From the NCBI RefSeq assembly GCF_009914755.1, contig NC_060939.1: DNA of 64,000 nt; one strand, given 5' to 3'. The notes below the pieces were generated by a model. It was given only the letters and a program-made list of their open reading frames with translations. It had not been told where the DNA came from and searched no databases. Within the stretch, counting starts at the first letter, position 1, and each line of letters begins with the position of its first letter. This document shows, piece after piece, positions 17,065 to 32,430 of this stretch. This DNA comes from the human T2T-CHM13v2.0 reference genome, Homo sapiens. The position numbers and the translations under genes were made by a program.

Positions 17065-18006
17065 TTAGAAGGCCTTCACTGCGGGAGTAATCTTGCAGAA
17101 GAATTTATGACCTTGGGAATTTGTATTTTCAAAAATATAACCTGGAGGAGAGGGATAGCTAGCTGGGCAAATTTCCTGTTTTTTCGGTGTGTACTCTACA
17201 GAGTACATGGTTACATCATCAAATGGAACAGAACTCTTAAAAGCAATATTTAAAGGTTTGCAACTCTCTGTTGGAATCAATTCATGTTGCAAATAGTGAG
17301 ATCTGAAAGTGCTCAAACCATCAAATTTTCCAGATGGGTTGGGAATCTGCTGCTGCTTCTTAATAAGTCCTTGACGACAACTTTCCCATGCTGGAAAATC
17401 TTTCATGGTGCTTTTTCCTTGGAAAGGAAAACTGTTACTTCTTCTACGAGAAACTGGCCTGATGGGAACAACACGGTTGGCCTGATACGGAACATAGTCA
17501 AGATGGCTTGTGCTGTTTAACAGCATGCTACCTGTAGGAGGCACATACTCTGGTACTTTCTTGACCTCCGGTCGTGGGATTTCCCATGGTTGAAAACTTT
17601 CACGGAATTCAGTGCTTCCTTCAAACCGAGCATTCTGGGTCACTCTGGTGTGTACAGGTCTGCAGAGTTTTGCAGTTTCACCAAATAAGACCCCAAAAGT
17701 CATACCGGTGAGTTGTGAAATCCTCAAAGCGTTGGTCAGTTGGTTTGTAAACTTCTTTTGGCCTTTCAAACTTGAGTTCAAGCTGATGAGGTATATAATC
17801 AAGGCGATTACTTGTAATACCATTAAAAGGGGCTGTAGAACGTTTGACCACAGAGAAGGGTTTAAAGCTTTGCCTAGGCTTTATCTCCTGAGGAACAAAG
17901 TCATCCTGGAATGTAGTTGAATTTCCAAATTTCACAGTAGGGGGGTGGTAAGTTCGTTCTGGCTTATAAAGTTCACTTTTACGAAGGTCCCAAGCTTTAT
18001 AATCGT
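17065..18006 (-). pseudogene. SAXO2-like last coding exon, frameshifted
   Basis: ttttgaag acceptor (18008-18007). DDYKAWDLRKSELYKPERTYHPPTVKFGNSTTFQDDF...DFWGLI, then an extra T at 17683-17685 gives TGA at 17680-17678. The other frame continues GETAKLCRP...ITPAVKAF-TAA (17067-17065). Confidence 0.92.
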
Positions 18007-20929
18007 CTTCAAAATTATATCAAAGCAAAAACAGTTTTAAATGCTGAAGAAAACAACCATCTTCTAAAAATCATAACTGACTTCTCTCATTGCCAAACAT
18101 CTTTCCATTTCCTTTAGAAATCTAAACAATAGTATCAGAATACAGTTTCTCTGATTCCTTTCAGATTTGTTCTTTTTCTTCATTTCCACCTTCCTCTACC
18201 CATCTCCTCACTTTAATACATGTAACTTTCCACTTTCAGATTCATCTGATTACATAACAAAGGAAAAGCACATCTGAGCCTGATTGTGGATAGTTCTTGA
18301 AAGCCAAAAGGACTGTGTTGGAGGTGAGGACAGAGTTTAGGAGATTATGGTTGTATTCCTAGGAAGAGGTTGGGATTTTAATTACAACTCACAAAATGCT
18401 AAGGTACGTCTAAAAGCCAGGGCTTGAAATAAAATCAAGTGCCCTTCATGGGTGGGCAAAAGTAATACAGGTATTACTCCTTGCTTTGGAGAGACTCTTC
18501 AAAGGGGAGAAAAATTTAATTCTGGTATCCTCTAGGAAGCCTACAGAAAGAATTCCTTGAGCAAAGATACAGGGTAACTTGTGCTATCCCAGAAAGATCA
18601 CTGGCTTCAACTTTCCCTCATGAAATGGACTTTAAGGCATTCCCAAAAGATAGAGGGCCATCTAGAGGCCAGAGGCCTTAACTGAATGTCTTCAGAGGTG
18701 TTTGAAATTGTAGAATTTCAAGTGACCATCAGAGCAGAGATCTGGGGTTTGGAAGTTAAATAACCTTAAGCTTACTTCCTGTAGTTTACCTAGACTGTGG
18801 AGCATTTTGGGTCACGCTAGTGTATACAGAATGATGACTTGTAACACCATTACAAGTTGGTAATGGTACACTTCACTAAAACTAAAATGTTTATATTTCA
18901 ACTAAGGATTATTTGTGTTTTCTATTTCTCCATGAGGAAGATAGTAAGCTAGGAAATATCATAGAATAGACTTCACGCCAAAATATATATTTCTAAATAC
19001 CAAAAGTTAATTTATAAAAGGTAGAAATTTATTACACAAGATAACGTACTAAAATCTGGACTAAAGTCTATGCAATATTTACAGGAAAGGCCAAACTTTG
19101 AAAACTTATTATGTGGATATCTTCTTTGAAGAGAAAAAATGCTTAGCCATTTTTGCCAAAATGGCCAAGTTTTGGACTAAATGATTAAGTTACTGATGTC
19201 TGGATGAGAGACTGCACCTGACTCAAGAATAGGCGACCTTTAGGCTAGCAGAGACCTTTAAGACAAACTGACAGAAAAGATGAGCTAGATCAAGCATTCT
19301 TATTCTTGTAAACCTAAAATTGAAAATAATGAGTGAGATAGAAATGGGAGAATTGAAAAGGATGCCAGGAAGTAGAGCTGAAGAACTATGGAAAGCTGAA
19401 GTTACATTCAAAACAGACCTTTAAAGAAACAGAAATGATAACTAGGCAGAGGTGGCCAGTTAGTAAAGCAGCAATCAGAGCAGATGAGTGAAGGGAAGTG
19501 AAGATGCTGTGAGAGAAATCATGTAGCTCATTGCGGAGATGAAGGGAAAAGCTCTTCCTTCAAGCTCCCTGGGCACCTGATAGCTTTCCATTTTCAGTTC
19601 ACATGAAGCTTTACCAGAGCCTTTTTTTCTTGAGGTATCATGAGGGAATCTCTCTTCTTTGCAGACTAAAGTATAAAAGTATAACACTATTTTTCACTAA
19701 CTAAAAGGAATCAGAGATGTTATCGAAGGTTTATAGTTCCACACAATCATATAGGGAGAATTCTTGCTACCACACAAGAGAAAAAAGATTTTCATTATAA
19801 GAGAGTAAACAGAAGAGAATATTTCTCCCTCACCAAACCAGCTTTGGTTTTCAAAATGGAAGCAAGAATTTGGACACTGAGAGATGGATGTGATAGCATA
19901 CAATAGTATGAATGTAAGTTCTACATAATTGCAGAAAATTGATTTTCTCCCTATAAATATGCCTATGCTCATATGCCTGGAATATTTATTATCTGTTATG
20001 GAATATTTGATAACATTCTAGCAGCATCTTTAAAACATCATAATCTTTATCATCTGTTTTTAGTGTTTTATGATACTTATGGAAAAAACAAACAAGAAAA
20101 CAAACAATGCTGTCCACGTCTAAAAATACAGTTTGGTTATGTGGCAGCTCCACTATTGCCCTTGTTAGATGTTTCCTCAGCTCACTTTTTATGTCTAGCC
20201 ACTAAAATCTGGATAGAAAGTTTATTCTCTTCTGAACAGGTTTAAGTCCAAGAAGTGTCTGAATGCACTTGCCCACTATTTGTATACACAGCTCCAACCC
20301 CATTTTAATATAGTGAGCTGTTCTAGGTTCTTCTTTGAGGACAAAAGTCTTGAGTTGCTTATGCTAGCTCTTTTTCCTGGTACTTGGGACTGCTCCCTGT
20401 GGTGTCTTGTGGTACCAAGGAATTGGAAACTACTTTTAGAAAGTCAGGGGACATCATCCTTGGCCTCAGCTTTTTCAATCTACATATCACCAATCTACTC
20501 CCATGGTTTTAATACTACCTGTAAGGTGGTGACTCCCAAACTTGAATCTCTACTTCAGACCTCCCTTCAAACACCAACCCACATATTTATCCACCTACTA
20601 GACATCTTTATTTGGATGTCCCTCAGATAAATGAAAACTTAGCATGCCCCAATTAATTATCTCACTCAGACTCAACGTTCCCCAGAAAATAACATACCTA
20701 CAAAGTTTCTGTTGTGAATTTGGCAAGTCAGGCTAAGGTTCCGTTTAATTGACTTTTTCTCCCTCATTTCCTTCTCTCCTTTTCAAGTAGTTTTCAAATA
20801 CTGTTGATATTACCTTCTAAATATTAATGTCTTCCTTCTTGAAGCAAACATGGAATGAATGGCAACCTGATAAAATTGTCAAAAATAAGAAAAAGAAAAA
20901 AGAAGAGGCCACAATGTAAAATAAACGTC

Positions 20930-23780
20930 TATAAGGTCTGTAGTGCTATTCTCTTTCATTCTTGATATTTGTAATTGGTGTCTTCTCTCTTTTGGTTTAT
21001 CAACTTTATTATCTTTTAATAGAACCAATTTTTGGTTTCATTGTTTTTCTGTTTTCAAATTTATTGATTGCTGCTGTTATCCTCATTTATTTCCTTCTAC
21101 TTTGCTTTGGATTTAATTTGCTCTTATTTTTCTAGTTTCATACAATGAAGGTTTAGACTGTTGATTTAAGACTTTCTTTTCTAATATGAACCTTAAATGC
21201 TATAAATTTTCCTCAAAGTATTGCTTTAGATGCATCTCTCAGATTTTGGTATACTATATTTTCATTAAATTCAAAATACTTTCTAATTTCTTTTACTTTT
21301 GCTTAAAACCATTCGTTATTTAGAAATTTGCTGTGTAATTTCCAAATATTGGGGGATTTTCCCACTTTTTTTCTATTATTGATGTTTAATTCAATTCTGT
21401 TATGATCAAAACCACACATTGCATGCTTTCAATTCTTTTATATTTGTTAAGGTTTGTTTTATGGCTCCGAATATAGTTTATCTGAATGAACATTTCATGT
21501 GCACTTGAAAAGAATGTGTATTCTGTTATTGTTGACAGAAGTGCTTTGCAAATGTCAATTTGGACAACTGTTGATAGTGTTTTTCAGGTCTTTATATCCT
21601 TATTCATTTCCTGTCTATATTCTATAGATTACTTAAAGAGAGTGTTGAAGTCTCCAACTACAAATGCATGTTTTTACATTTCTTATGTTAGTACTATAAG
21701 TTTATGTTTTGTGTATTTGAAGCTCAAGTGTTAAGGGCATACACATTTAGAATTTTGTGTTTGGGAAATGGAGGGTGAGTGTGTGGTGGTTTCTCTGTTG
21801 TCCTGGTTCAGCTTCAGTCTTAGGCAGTCCCTGTGCCCCCGGGCCTCAGAAGCAGGGCTCTCTCAGTGCACCTGCTCCTTCACTTGATGTAGTAGGTCTC
21901 TAATTGTTGGTCCCGAGACAGTTTCCTGTTCTTTCTTCATGTTCAAGGTTTGGTTTTATTTTGCTTCTTGTTGTTGTTTTTCCTTTATCTTTCCTCAAGG
22001 TACAATACATCTTCAGCTATTCATTGGGGTTGTCAGAGTGATGTCTCTCCCGCAGTGGATTAATGCTTTTGTTCTGTAGGTTAGAGTCATTCAAATGGAG
22101 CTTCCTGCTATTTTTTTCTTTCGCAACAACAACCATTCTTCTCTCCATGCCCGCACTACAAAGGAAACTTTCTGTGGCCTCCAGCCTTTCTCCCAATCTT
22201 TCTGATGATCACAGAGTGAACATCCATAGGGAAGAGTCTATGAGTGGTTTTGAACTCCCCCTTTAGTGTCTGAAGTTCTCAGAGCTTCTATACTCTCACA
22301 GTAGTTCACACTCAAGTCTTTAGCAACTAAAGATGTAAATGAATTATTTTATCCACTTTTGTAACAGCTAGTCTTCATTCCATGCCCTGCTTTGGGTGAA
22401 ACAGTGCTTGCCTCCTGTCTCAACTGGGTGGAAGTTGTTTTTCCTTAATGTCAGGCTAATTGGTTAACCTGTGATCTCAGGTTTCTAAAGGATTCATACA
22501 CATTTATGATTTTGTAGATTATCTGGCTTTTTCTTATTGTTATGTTGGGGACATAATCTTTCTGACTTCCTGCATCCTACACAGAATCTGAAAATTCTGG
22601 AATTCTTTATGGTGAGGTTTAAAATTACACCTTTAATTCTACAAATTCAATTTCCTTTACAGATATAGGGCTATTTTGAATTTTTATTTCTTCTTGGGTT
22701 ACTTTTGGTAAATTGCATTTTTCAAAAAATTTATCCATTTTATGTAAGTTGTAAATTATTGGCATATTTTTAAAAATAATATCTTTTTAATGTGTGAAAA
22801 ATCACTCTTTGAGTTTTAATCAAAATATTTTGTTCATTTACACTTAATGTAATGATCTAGCTGGGCTTAAGTTGACTGTATTGCTATTTGCTTTTGATTT
22901 TTCCCTTCTTTGTTCCCATACCCCTTATTTCCTGCCTTCTTTTGTATTACTAAATGGCATTTTTATTATTCTACTTTACTATTAGAATTTTATCTTTCTA
23001 TGTTTTAAAAATAAAAATGAATTTTTGACTTGTCATGAGATTTTTCTGGCTCAAACTTAAATGGACATTTTTACCACGTCTACCATGGAAGAACCTGTAA
23101 GCAATTTAATTCTATTTAACTCCTCTTGCCTTTTGTGCCACTGTTCTAACATATTTTACTTTCATATTTGTGTAAAAACATAATATAGTAATTTTGACTT
23201 TCAGTTGTCAATATTCTTTTATATTTACCCACATATTTACCCTTTCTGTGTGCTTCATTCCTTCCTGCATTTCATGCTTCTATCTGGAGTAAGTTTCCTT
23301 TTAACTAAACAATTCCCTTTAATACATTTGTAGTAGGCATCTCAGCTTTTTCTTTTTTGTCTGAAAACATTTTTACTTTGCTTAAATTTTTAAAGGGCAT
23401 TTTTGCTAGATATATAATTCTCAGATTTGCTGGCTTTAAAATTCTAGATCCTTCTGGCACCTTTAGCACTTTTAAAGTGTCATTTCACTGTCATTTAACT
23501 TCCAGAGCTTCTGTTGAAAAGTCATGTATCATTCTGTTTAAAAGTCAGATATAACTTTTTCTTTTTGTAGATAACGTATAGTTTTTCACTTGCTACTTTT
23601 AAGACTTTATCTTTACCTGGTTTTCCGAAGTTTGACAATAGTTGTCTAGGGTGGTTTCCTATGTGTTTATTTTGGAGTTTGCTGAGCTTCTTGAATCTGT
23701 GGGCTGATTCTTTCATCAATTTTGGAAAAGTCTTGACCATTATCTCTTCAAATATTTCCTGGTTCTTCATAGGCCTCATA
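20930..23780 (-). mobile_element. Cluster of old L1M fragments (endonuclease, 5' and ORF1 regions)
   Basis: ttgaaaagaatgtgtattct...gaagtctccaacta (EN region). ORF 23522-23779 (EIFEEIMVKTFPKLMKE) is ORF1-like. Confidence 0.65.
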
Positions 23781-24849
23781 ACATTTTACTATATGCTAGA
23801 TGTTGTGTATAAGAGAATCATAAAAACTAAAATCAGTGTTATTTTCAACAGAGACAATTTGTTCTTTCCTATGGTAAAATACAGGGCAGATCACCTCATT
23901 CTTACCAGAGTCTGAGCTAGATTAGGGCTCAATGGCACCTTTAGTTAGACATAGTCTTACTCTAGTTTCAAATGTCTCAAGAACAAGGCTTGAGGTGTGT
24001 TTGTAGTAAGGCCCTCATTCTAGTGGAACTCTCTTCTAAGCATTTACTCTCAAATAAGACTGTGGGATATTCCTGTGGGATTTTTCTGGCCCAGCCTCTC
24101 AGCACACCACACTCCCTTCCCTGCAAACACGCAGTGAATGTCTCACATTGAAAACCAGCCATGTATCTAGGGCTCTTCTAGATTTCAGTTAGTCCTATCA
24201 GCCCACATTCAAGTGTTCCACTGCTTTCTCTTTCCCCTACTAGAGTTTCTCTGCTTATGCCAAGCTCAATCCTCAGCATAGGCCTAGACTTGACAAGTGT
24301 TCCCAGAGAAGTAAATGGCTGGCCATATCAACTCACTGAGGAAGGGCTCCTATCTCTCTGAAGTTTTAGTTTTTTGCTTCTACAGCTGTCTGGTGCCCTT
24401 AAAAGAAGATTTTAAAAAATCTATACTTATGTCAAGCCCCTCAGCCTGGCAATCAAGGTTCTTCCCAAACTGATCTCAGTCTACCTTTATAGAATTACAC
24501 CCCAATCTCTCATCCCTGAAACCTTCTGGTCCTCACCATGTGTACTGAATAACTTTTATTTTTTGGTTCTATGCTTTTTTACTCATTTCATACCAGTTTT
24601 TAGAAAGAAGTTCCTCCTGTTTCTATATGTCAGTACTTACTAGTCTCTGATGCATTCCCAGCCTGGCCTGAAGTGATAACTCACCAAGTATAAATTCTTG
24701 AAGTACTGTTTGTTCCACTAATTTTCCAGTGAATTATGTCTTCCCCTCATGATATCTCATATAGTATGGCAACTTCATTTTTCATGCTATTGTTTTTTTA
24801 AATTCACAATTATAAAGTTTCTTTTTATATAGTCCATATTTTATTTTTA

Positions 24850-26125
24850 AATAAAAATTGTATATATTTAAGATTTACATGAGGTTTTATATATACACAC
24901 ACAGTAAAATGATTACTAAAGTGAAAAACATATCCATCTCCTCACAGTCACCTTTGTGTGTGTATGCATGTGTGTGCATGTGTGTGGTGAGAGCACCTGA
25001 AATATACTCTCAGCAGATTTCCAGTATACAGTACAGTATTATTAACTAGAGTCATGATGCTGTACATTAGATCTCTAGATTTATTCATCCTATACAACTT
25101 CAACTTTGTACCTCTTGCCCAATATTTCCCAATTTCCCCCACTTCCCTGCCCCTGGTTACCATCATTCTATCCTGTGCTTCTATGTATTCAACTCTTTTA
25201 GATGTATACATTATTATTATATATATTATTACATAATATATAATGGAATATATGTGTACTATATATATATTCAGACATATATTTACACATCACATTTATT
25301 TATTCATTGATCGATGCACATTTACGTTGTTTCTTATCTAGGTTATTGTGAATAATGCTGCAATAAATAAGAGTACAGCTATTTCTTCAAGATACTGATT
25401 TCATTTCCTTTGGGTATACACCAGAGGGGAAGTTGCTGGATCATATGAAAGTTCCATTTTTAATTTTTGAGAAAACTTCATATTGTTTTCCATATGGCTA
25501 TACAAGTTTACATTCCCACCAACAGTGTACAAGGATTCCTTTTTCTCCATATCCTAACACCTGTAATCTTTTATCTTTTCTATAATAGACATCATATCTC
25601 ATTGTGGTTGTGGTTTTGATTTGCATTTATCTGGTGATTGGTGATGTTGAGTACCTTTTCATGTATCTATTGGCCATTTGTATGTCTTCTTTGGAAAAAT
25701 GTTTACTCAGGTATTTTGGTCAATTTTTAATCCACTTTTTTTTTTGCTATTAAGTTGGGTAAGTTCCTTATTTTTTTTAATATTGACCCTTTATGTGATA
25801 CATGGTTTGCTCATATTTTCTACCAATTCATAAGTTGCATTTTTTTTGTTGATTGTTTGCTTGCTGTACAGACACTTTTTAGTTTGGTGTAATCCATTCG
25901 TCTATTTTTGTTTTTGTTGCCTGTGCTTTCGGAGTCATATCCAAAAAACCATTGGCAAGGTCAAAGTCAAAGAAATTCCCCATGTTTTCTTCTAGGAATT
26001 TTATGGTTTGAGGTCTTGTGTTTAAGTCTTCAATTCACTTTGAATTGGTTTTTGTGTATGGAATAAGAAAAGACTCCAATTTCATTCTTTCACATGTGGA
26101 TATTCAGTTTTCCCAATACCATTTA
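24850..26125 (-). mobile_element. L1MA-type 3' region; resumes at ~30555-30770 after a nested L1
   Basis: atgctgtacattagatctctag 3'UTR motif and ORF2 C-terminal homology. ...tttcccaataccattt continues as caacactattgaaaagact at ~30561. Confidence 0.7.
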
Positions 26126-28973
26126 TTTCATTTAATTTCAGATTCAGGGATTATATGTGAAGGTTTGTTACTTGGGTATATTATGTGATGCTGAGGTTTA
26201 GCTTTCTAATTATTCCATCATCCAATTAGTGAACACAGTACCCAACAGGTAGTTGTTTAACCTTTGCACCCTCCTCTCCCTTTCTCCTTTTGGAATCTCC
26301 AGTGTTTATTGTTTCCATCTTTGTGTCCATGTATACCTAAAGTTTAGCTCCCACTTACAAGTGTGAACATGCAGTATTTGGTTTTCTGTTTCTGTGTTAA
26401 ATTACTTAGAATAATGACCTCCAGTTGTATCCTTGTTCTTGCAAATAACATTTCATATTTTTATGGCTGCATGGTATTCCATGGTATATACATACTGCAT
26501 TTCCTTTATCTGATCCACCATTGATGGGCACCTGGGTTGATTCCATGTCTTTGCTATTGTGAAAAGTGCTACAGTGAACGTACAAGTGCAGATAGAATGA
26601 TTTATTTTCCTTTGGGTATATACCCAGTAATGGGATTGCTTGGCTGAATGCCATTCTAACTGGTTTGAGATGGTAACTCATGTGGTTTTCATCTGATCGT
26701 TAGTGATGTTGAGAATTTTTTCATGTCCTTTGCCCACCTTTTAATGTTATTTTTTCTTGTTGATTTATTTAACTTCCTTATAGGTTCTGGATATTAATCC
26801 TTTGTTGGATGCATAGCTTGTGAATATTTTCTCCTATTATGTAGCTTGTTTGTTATGTTGTTGATAGTTTCTTTTCCTTTGCAGAAGCTCTTTAATTTAA
26901 TTAAGTCCCATTTTATCAATTTTTATTGCATTTGCTTTTGAGCACTTAAGATATAAATTTTTTGCCTAAGGCAATGTCTAGAAGAGTATTTCCTAGGTTT
27001 TCTTTCAGGATTTTTATAGTTTGAGGTCTTACATTTAAGCTTTTAATCCATCTTGAGTTAATTTTTGTATATAGTGAGAAGTAGGTGTCCAGTTTCATCC
27101 TTCTGCATATGGTTGGCCAGTTTTTCCAGCATCATTTATGGAATAGGGAGTCCTTTCCCCATTGTTAATTTTTGCCAGTTTTGTTGACAATTAGGTGGTT
27201 GTAGGTGTCTGGATTAATTTCAGAGGTCTCCATTCTGTTCCATTGGTCTACGTGTCTATTTTTGTACCAGTACCATGCTGTTTTGGTTACTGCAGCTTTG
27301 TAGTATAGTTTGAAGTTGGGAGATGTAATGCCTCTGGCTTTATTCTTTTTGTTTAGGATTGCCTTGGCTATTCAGGCTCTTTTTGGGTTCCATATAAATT
27401 TTAGAATCGTTTTTCTCTAATTCTGCAAAAAAGTGATATTGCTAATTTGATAGATTGCTTTGGGTAGTAGACATTTTAGTGATATTGAATCTTCCTATCC
27501 ATGATCACGGAATGCTTTTCCATTTGTGTAGTCTATGATTTCTTTCTCCTTGTGGAGATCTTTCACCTCCTTGGTTAGATGTATGCCCAGGTACTGTGAG
27601 TGTGTGTGGCTACTGTAAATGGAATTATGTTCTTGATTTGGTTCTCAGCTTGAACATTATTGGTGTATAGAAATGCTACTGACTTTTGTATATTGATTTT
27701 GTATCCTGAGACTTTGCTGAAGTCGTTTATTAGGTCTAGGAGTCTTTTGGCAGGATCTTTAGGGTTTCTTAGGTATAAATTATACTGTCAGCCAAGAGAG
27801 AGAATTTGACTTCCTCTTTTTCTATTTGGATGCCTTTTCTTTCTCTTGCCTGATTGCTTTGGCTAGCACTTCCAATACTATGTTGAATATGAGTGATACG
27901 AGTGGGCATCCTTGTCTTGTTCCAGTTCTCAAAGGGAATGTGTCCAGATTTTTGTCCATTCAGTATGATGTTGGCTGTGGGTTTCTCATAGATGGCTCTT
28001 ATTATTTTGAGGTATGTTCCTTCAGTGCCTAGTTTGTTGAGAGTTTCTATCATGAAGGGATGTTGAATGTTATCAAATGCTTTTTCTGCATCTATTGAGA
28101 TGATCATATGATTTTTGTTTTAAATTCTATTTATGTGGTGAATCACATTTATTGATTTGCATATGTTGGACCATCCTTGCATCCCAAGAATAAAACCCAC
28201 TTGACTGTGGTGAATTAACTTTTTGATTTGCTGCTGGATTTGGTGTGCTAGTATTTTTTGAGGATTTTTTCATCTGTGTTCAGGGAAAATGTAGTTTTCT
28301 TTTTTGTGTTTTTGTCAGATTTTGGTATCAGAACCATACTAGTTTCATAGAATGAGTCAGAAAGGAGTCCCTCTTCCTCAATTTTCTGGAATACTTTCAG
28401 TAGGATTGGTACCAGCTGTTCTTTGTATGTCTGGTAGAATTCAGTTGTGAACACATTTGGTCCAGGGCTGTTTTATTTTATTTATTTATTTATTTATTTT
28501 TGGTTGGTAGGTTTCTTACTACTGATTCAATTTCCTTACTTGTTATTGATCTGTTCAGGATTTCTCTTTCTTCCTGATTCAATCTTGGGAATTTGTGTTT
28601 CCAGGAATTTATCCATTTCCTCTAGAATTTCTAGTTTGTGTGGTTCATAATATTCTCTGAGGATCTTTTGTATTTCTGTGGGATCAGTTGTGATGTCACT
28701 TTTGATTGTGCTTATTTGGATGCCTTTTTTTTGTTAATCTAGCTACTGGTCTATAATCTTGTTTATCTTTTCAAAAAGTGAACTTTTTGCTTCATTGTTC
28801 CTTTGTACGGTTTTGGGGGTCTCAATTTCATTCAGTTCTGCTCTGATTTTAATTATTTCTTCTGCTAGCTTTTGGTTTAGTTTGTTCTTATTTTGCTAGT
28901 ACTTTTGGTTGCTAGGTTAGGTTGTTAATTTGAGATATTTCTATCTTTTTGATGTAGGCATTTAGCACTATAA

Positions 28974-29357
<384 letters not shown>

Positions 29358-30103
29358 TAAATTTCTGCCTTAATTTCATTGTTTACCCAAAAGTCAGTCA
29401 GGAGCAAGTTGTTTAGTTTCCATGTATTTGTGTGGTTTTGAGATTTCCTCTTGGTACTGATTTCTATTTTTATTCTACTGTGGTCTGAGAAGATAAATTG
29501 TATTATTTCAATGTTTTTGAATTTATCGAGACTTGCTTTATGACTGAGAATGTGGTCAAACTTAGGGTATGTTCCATGTGAAGATGAGAAGAATGTATAT
29601 TCTGGGGTTGTTAGGTGGAGTATTCTGTAGATCTCTATTGTCCAATTGGTCAAGTGTTGAATTTAAGTCCAGAATTTCTTAGTTTTCTGTTTTGATGATC
29701 TGTCTAATGCTGTCAGTGGGGTGTTGAAGTCTCCCACTGTTTTAGTGTGACTGTCAAAGTCTTTTCTTAGGTCTAGAAACATTTGTTTTATAAATCTGAG
29801 TGCATATATAATACATTTAGGATAGTTAGGTGTTCTCATTGAACTGCACTCTTTATTATTATGTAATTAACGCCCTTCTTTGCCCCTTTTTACTGTTGTT
29901 GGTTTAAAGTCAATTTTATCTGATACAAAAATAACAACTCCTGCTTTTTTTGTTTTCTATTTGTGTGGTAGATCTTTCTCCATCTTCTACTTTGAGCCTA
30001 TGGGTGTTGCTGCATGTGAGATGGGTCTCTCAAAGACAGCAGAAGGAAGGGTGGTTTTTTTTTTTTTTTTTTTTTAATCCAATTTGCCACTCTGGGTCTT
30101 TTA

Positions 30104-30528
<425 letters not shown>

Positions 30529-30999
30529 TTATAGGGTCTGTGGCCTATGTGCATGCAAGCCAACACTATTGAAAAGACTATTCTTCCTCCACTGTGTATT
30601 CTTGGCACCCTTGTCAAAAATTAGCTGGCTGTAATATGCTTGGGTTTATTCTGGGTTTTCTATTCTGTTTCATTGATCTATATGTCTATTTTTATGCCAG
30701 TACTACCTATTATTTTGGTTACTATAGCTTTGTAATATAATATGAAATCACAAAGTGTGATGCCGGAAACTGCTTGGTACATGGTAAGATCAATATGGTA
30801 GCCACTACTATTACTACCACAAGACTTCATGGATTGCTTTTTTCTTCTGGACTCTATTGGCACATGACTCATTTTGTGATTAAACTATCTTGTGTTAATC
30901 AATATTTGCTGTGTATGTCTGTAAGTTTCCCAAAGAAACCCAAAACCCTCACTGAATTCTTCTATTCACAACATAACTTCTTAGACTAATTAACTGTTT

Positions 31000-32430
31000 T
31001 CTCACCTGCTCCAATCCATTTCAGTCTGGTTTCCAGCACTGCCACTTCCCTAATACAGCTCTAAAGTTCACAATGTCTTCCATGTGATTAAATTCATCGA
31101 ACATTTTTAGTCCTCATCTTACTTGACCTCTCCGACAGTAATTGACATTATTGTCCACACTGTCTGTTTCTAGGAAACTTTCTCTTCCCGACTTCCTGAT
31201 TATTTCTTTCCAGTCTCCTATGCACCTTCATCTACCTCTACTCAGTCATTAAATACATGTTAGCGTTCCTCAAGACTTGGACCTACCTACACATTCTTCT
31301 TCTCATCCACTGTTCACTCCTGAGGATAACTCTTCTACTCCCACAGCTTAGATTACTACCTAGATCGAAATAACCCTCAAATTTACATCTCAGCTTAGAC
31401 CTCTTCTCTGAGCTCCATACCAGTATCTCCGATGGTCTCTTGGATATTCAATGACAACTCAAAACTTAATATGTCCCAAATCAACTCGCTATTTCCCCTC
31501 AATAAATGTGGTCCTTTTTGCTTTTTCTCTATTTAAGTGAACGCTATCACCATCGTTTCAGACTCATAGTCAGAAATCTAGGACTCACCCTTTATACCTC
31601 AATTCTCTCCCCTATCTAGTCCATCATCAACTACTGTCAATTTTGCCTCATAAATATCTCTCAAATCTAACCACTTTTCTCCACATCGGCCACTACCATA
31701 ATATGCAGTTTTTGCAAGAGCTTATTTGAATCTCTTTAATAAATTTGAAACTCATTTACCCACATCCACTCTAGTTCTCCCTCCAGTCTTTTCTCCACAT
31801 GGCACCTGAAGTAATTCTTTCCCATGTAAATCTGATCAGGTCATTCTTGCCCTCCTCTCCCTAGCCGCTTCCTTACCTCCCTTCCTCCCCAACTCCACCC
31901 TCCACCAAAAAAAACAAGCCAGAAAAGAAACCTTCATGGCTTATTACTGTAAGGACATAGACAACATGGAACATGGTTTAAAGGCTCTGCCTGGCCTTCT
32001 TCACTAGCCTCAACTCTCACTGTGCTTCCTCTTGCTTTCTCTGCTCCAGCTGGCTTTCTTTGATAATTTTCTCCTTCCCATGCTCCTTCCTGCTACATGC
32101 TACTCTCTCTCTCTCTGCTTGGAATGCATTTCCTTCCCCCTCTTAATCCAGTTAATTTAACATCCTTCAGGTTTTGACTCATTTTTCTCATTCCCCTGAT
32201 AAAGTCAAACTCTTGTTCTGGCTGTCAAGGTACCTGTGCCTGTCCTTCACAGATTTTATCACTGTTGCAATTTTAGAGTTATTTTGAGTAATGTTTTTGA
32301 TTGCCATTTCTAATAGATTGTAATATCTGTCAATAGAGAGATCATGACTGCTTTTGGTCACCGCTGTATCCCAGGTGTCTATTATAGTGCTTGATGCTTA
32401 ATAAATGCTTAATAACTTTTTATTTAATGG
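31000..32430 (+). mobile_element. L2 LINE fragments
   Basis: tcctcatcttacttgacctctc, ctcaaaacttaatatgtcc, and a 3'-end-like gcttaataaatgctt...atggatgaa. Orientation and limits approximate. Confidence 0.6.

Noticed and set aside
17065-17823. 252-aa ORF as an intact novel protein
   Set aside because: Its first ~46 residues are an off-frame reading upstream of the frameshift. The remainder is the SAXO2-like C-terminus.
30780-30870. Short words (aagatcaat, ttcttctgg, cacatg) resembling the missing SAXO2 exon
   Set aside because: Spacing is not collinear and there is no matching frame or splice site, so this is probably chance.
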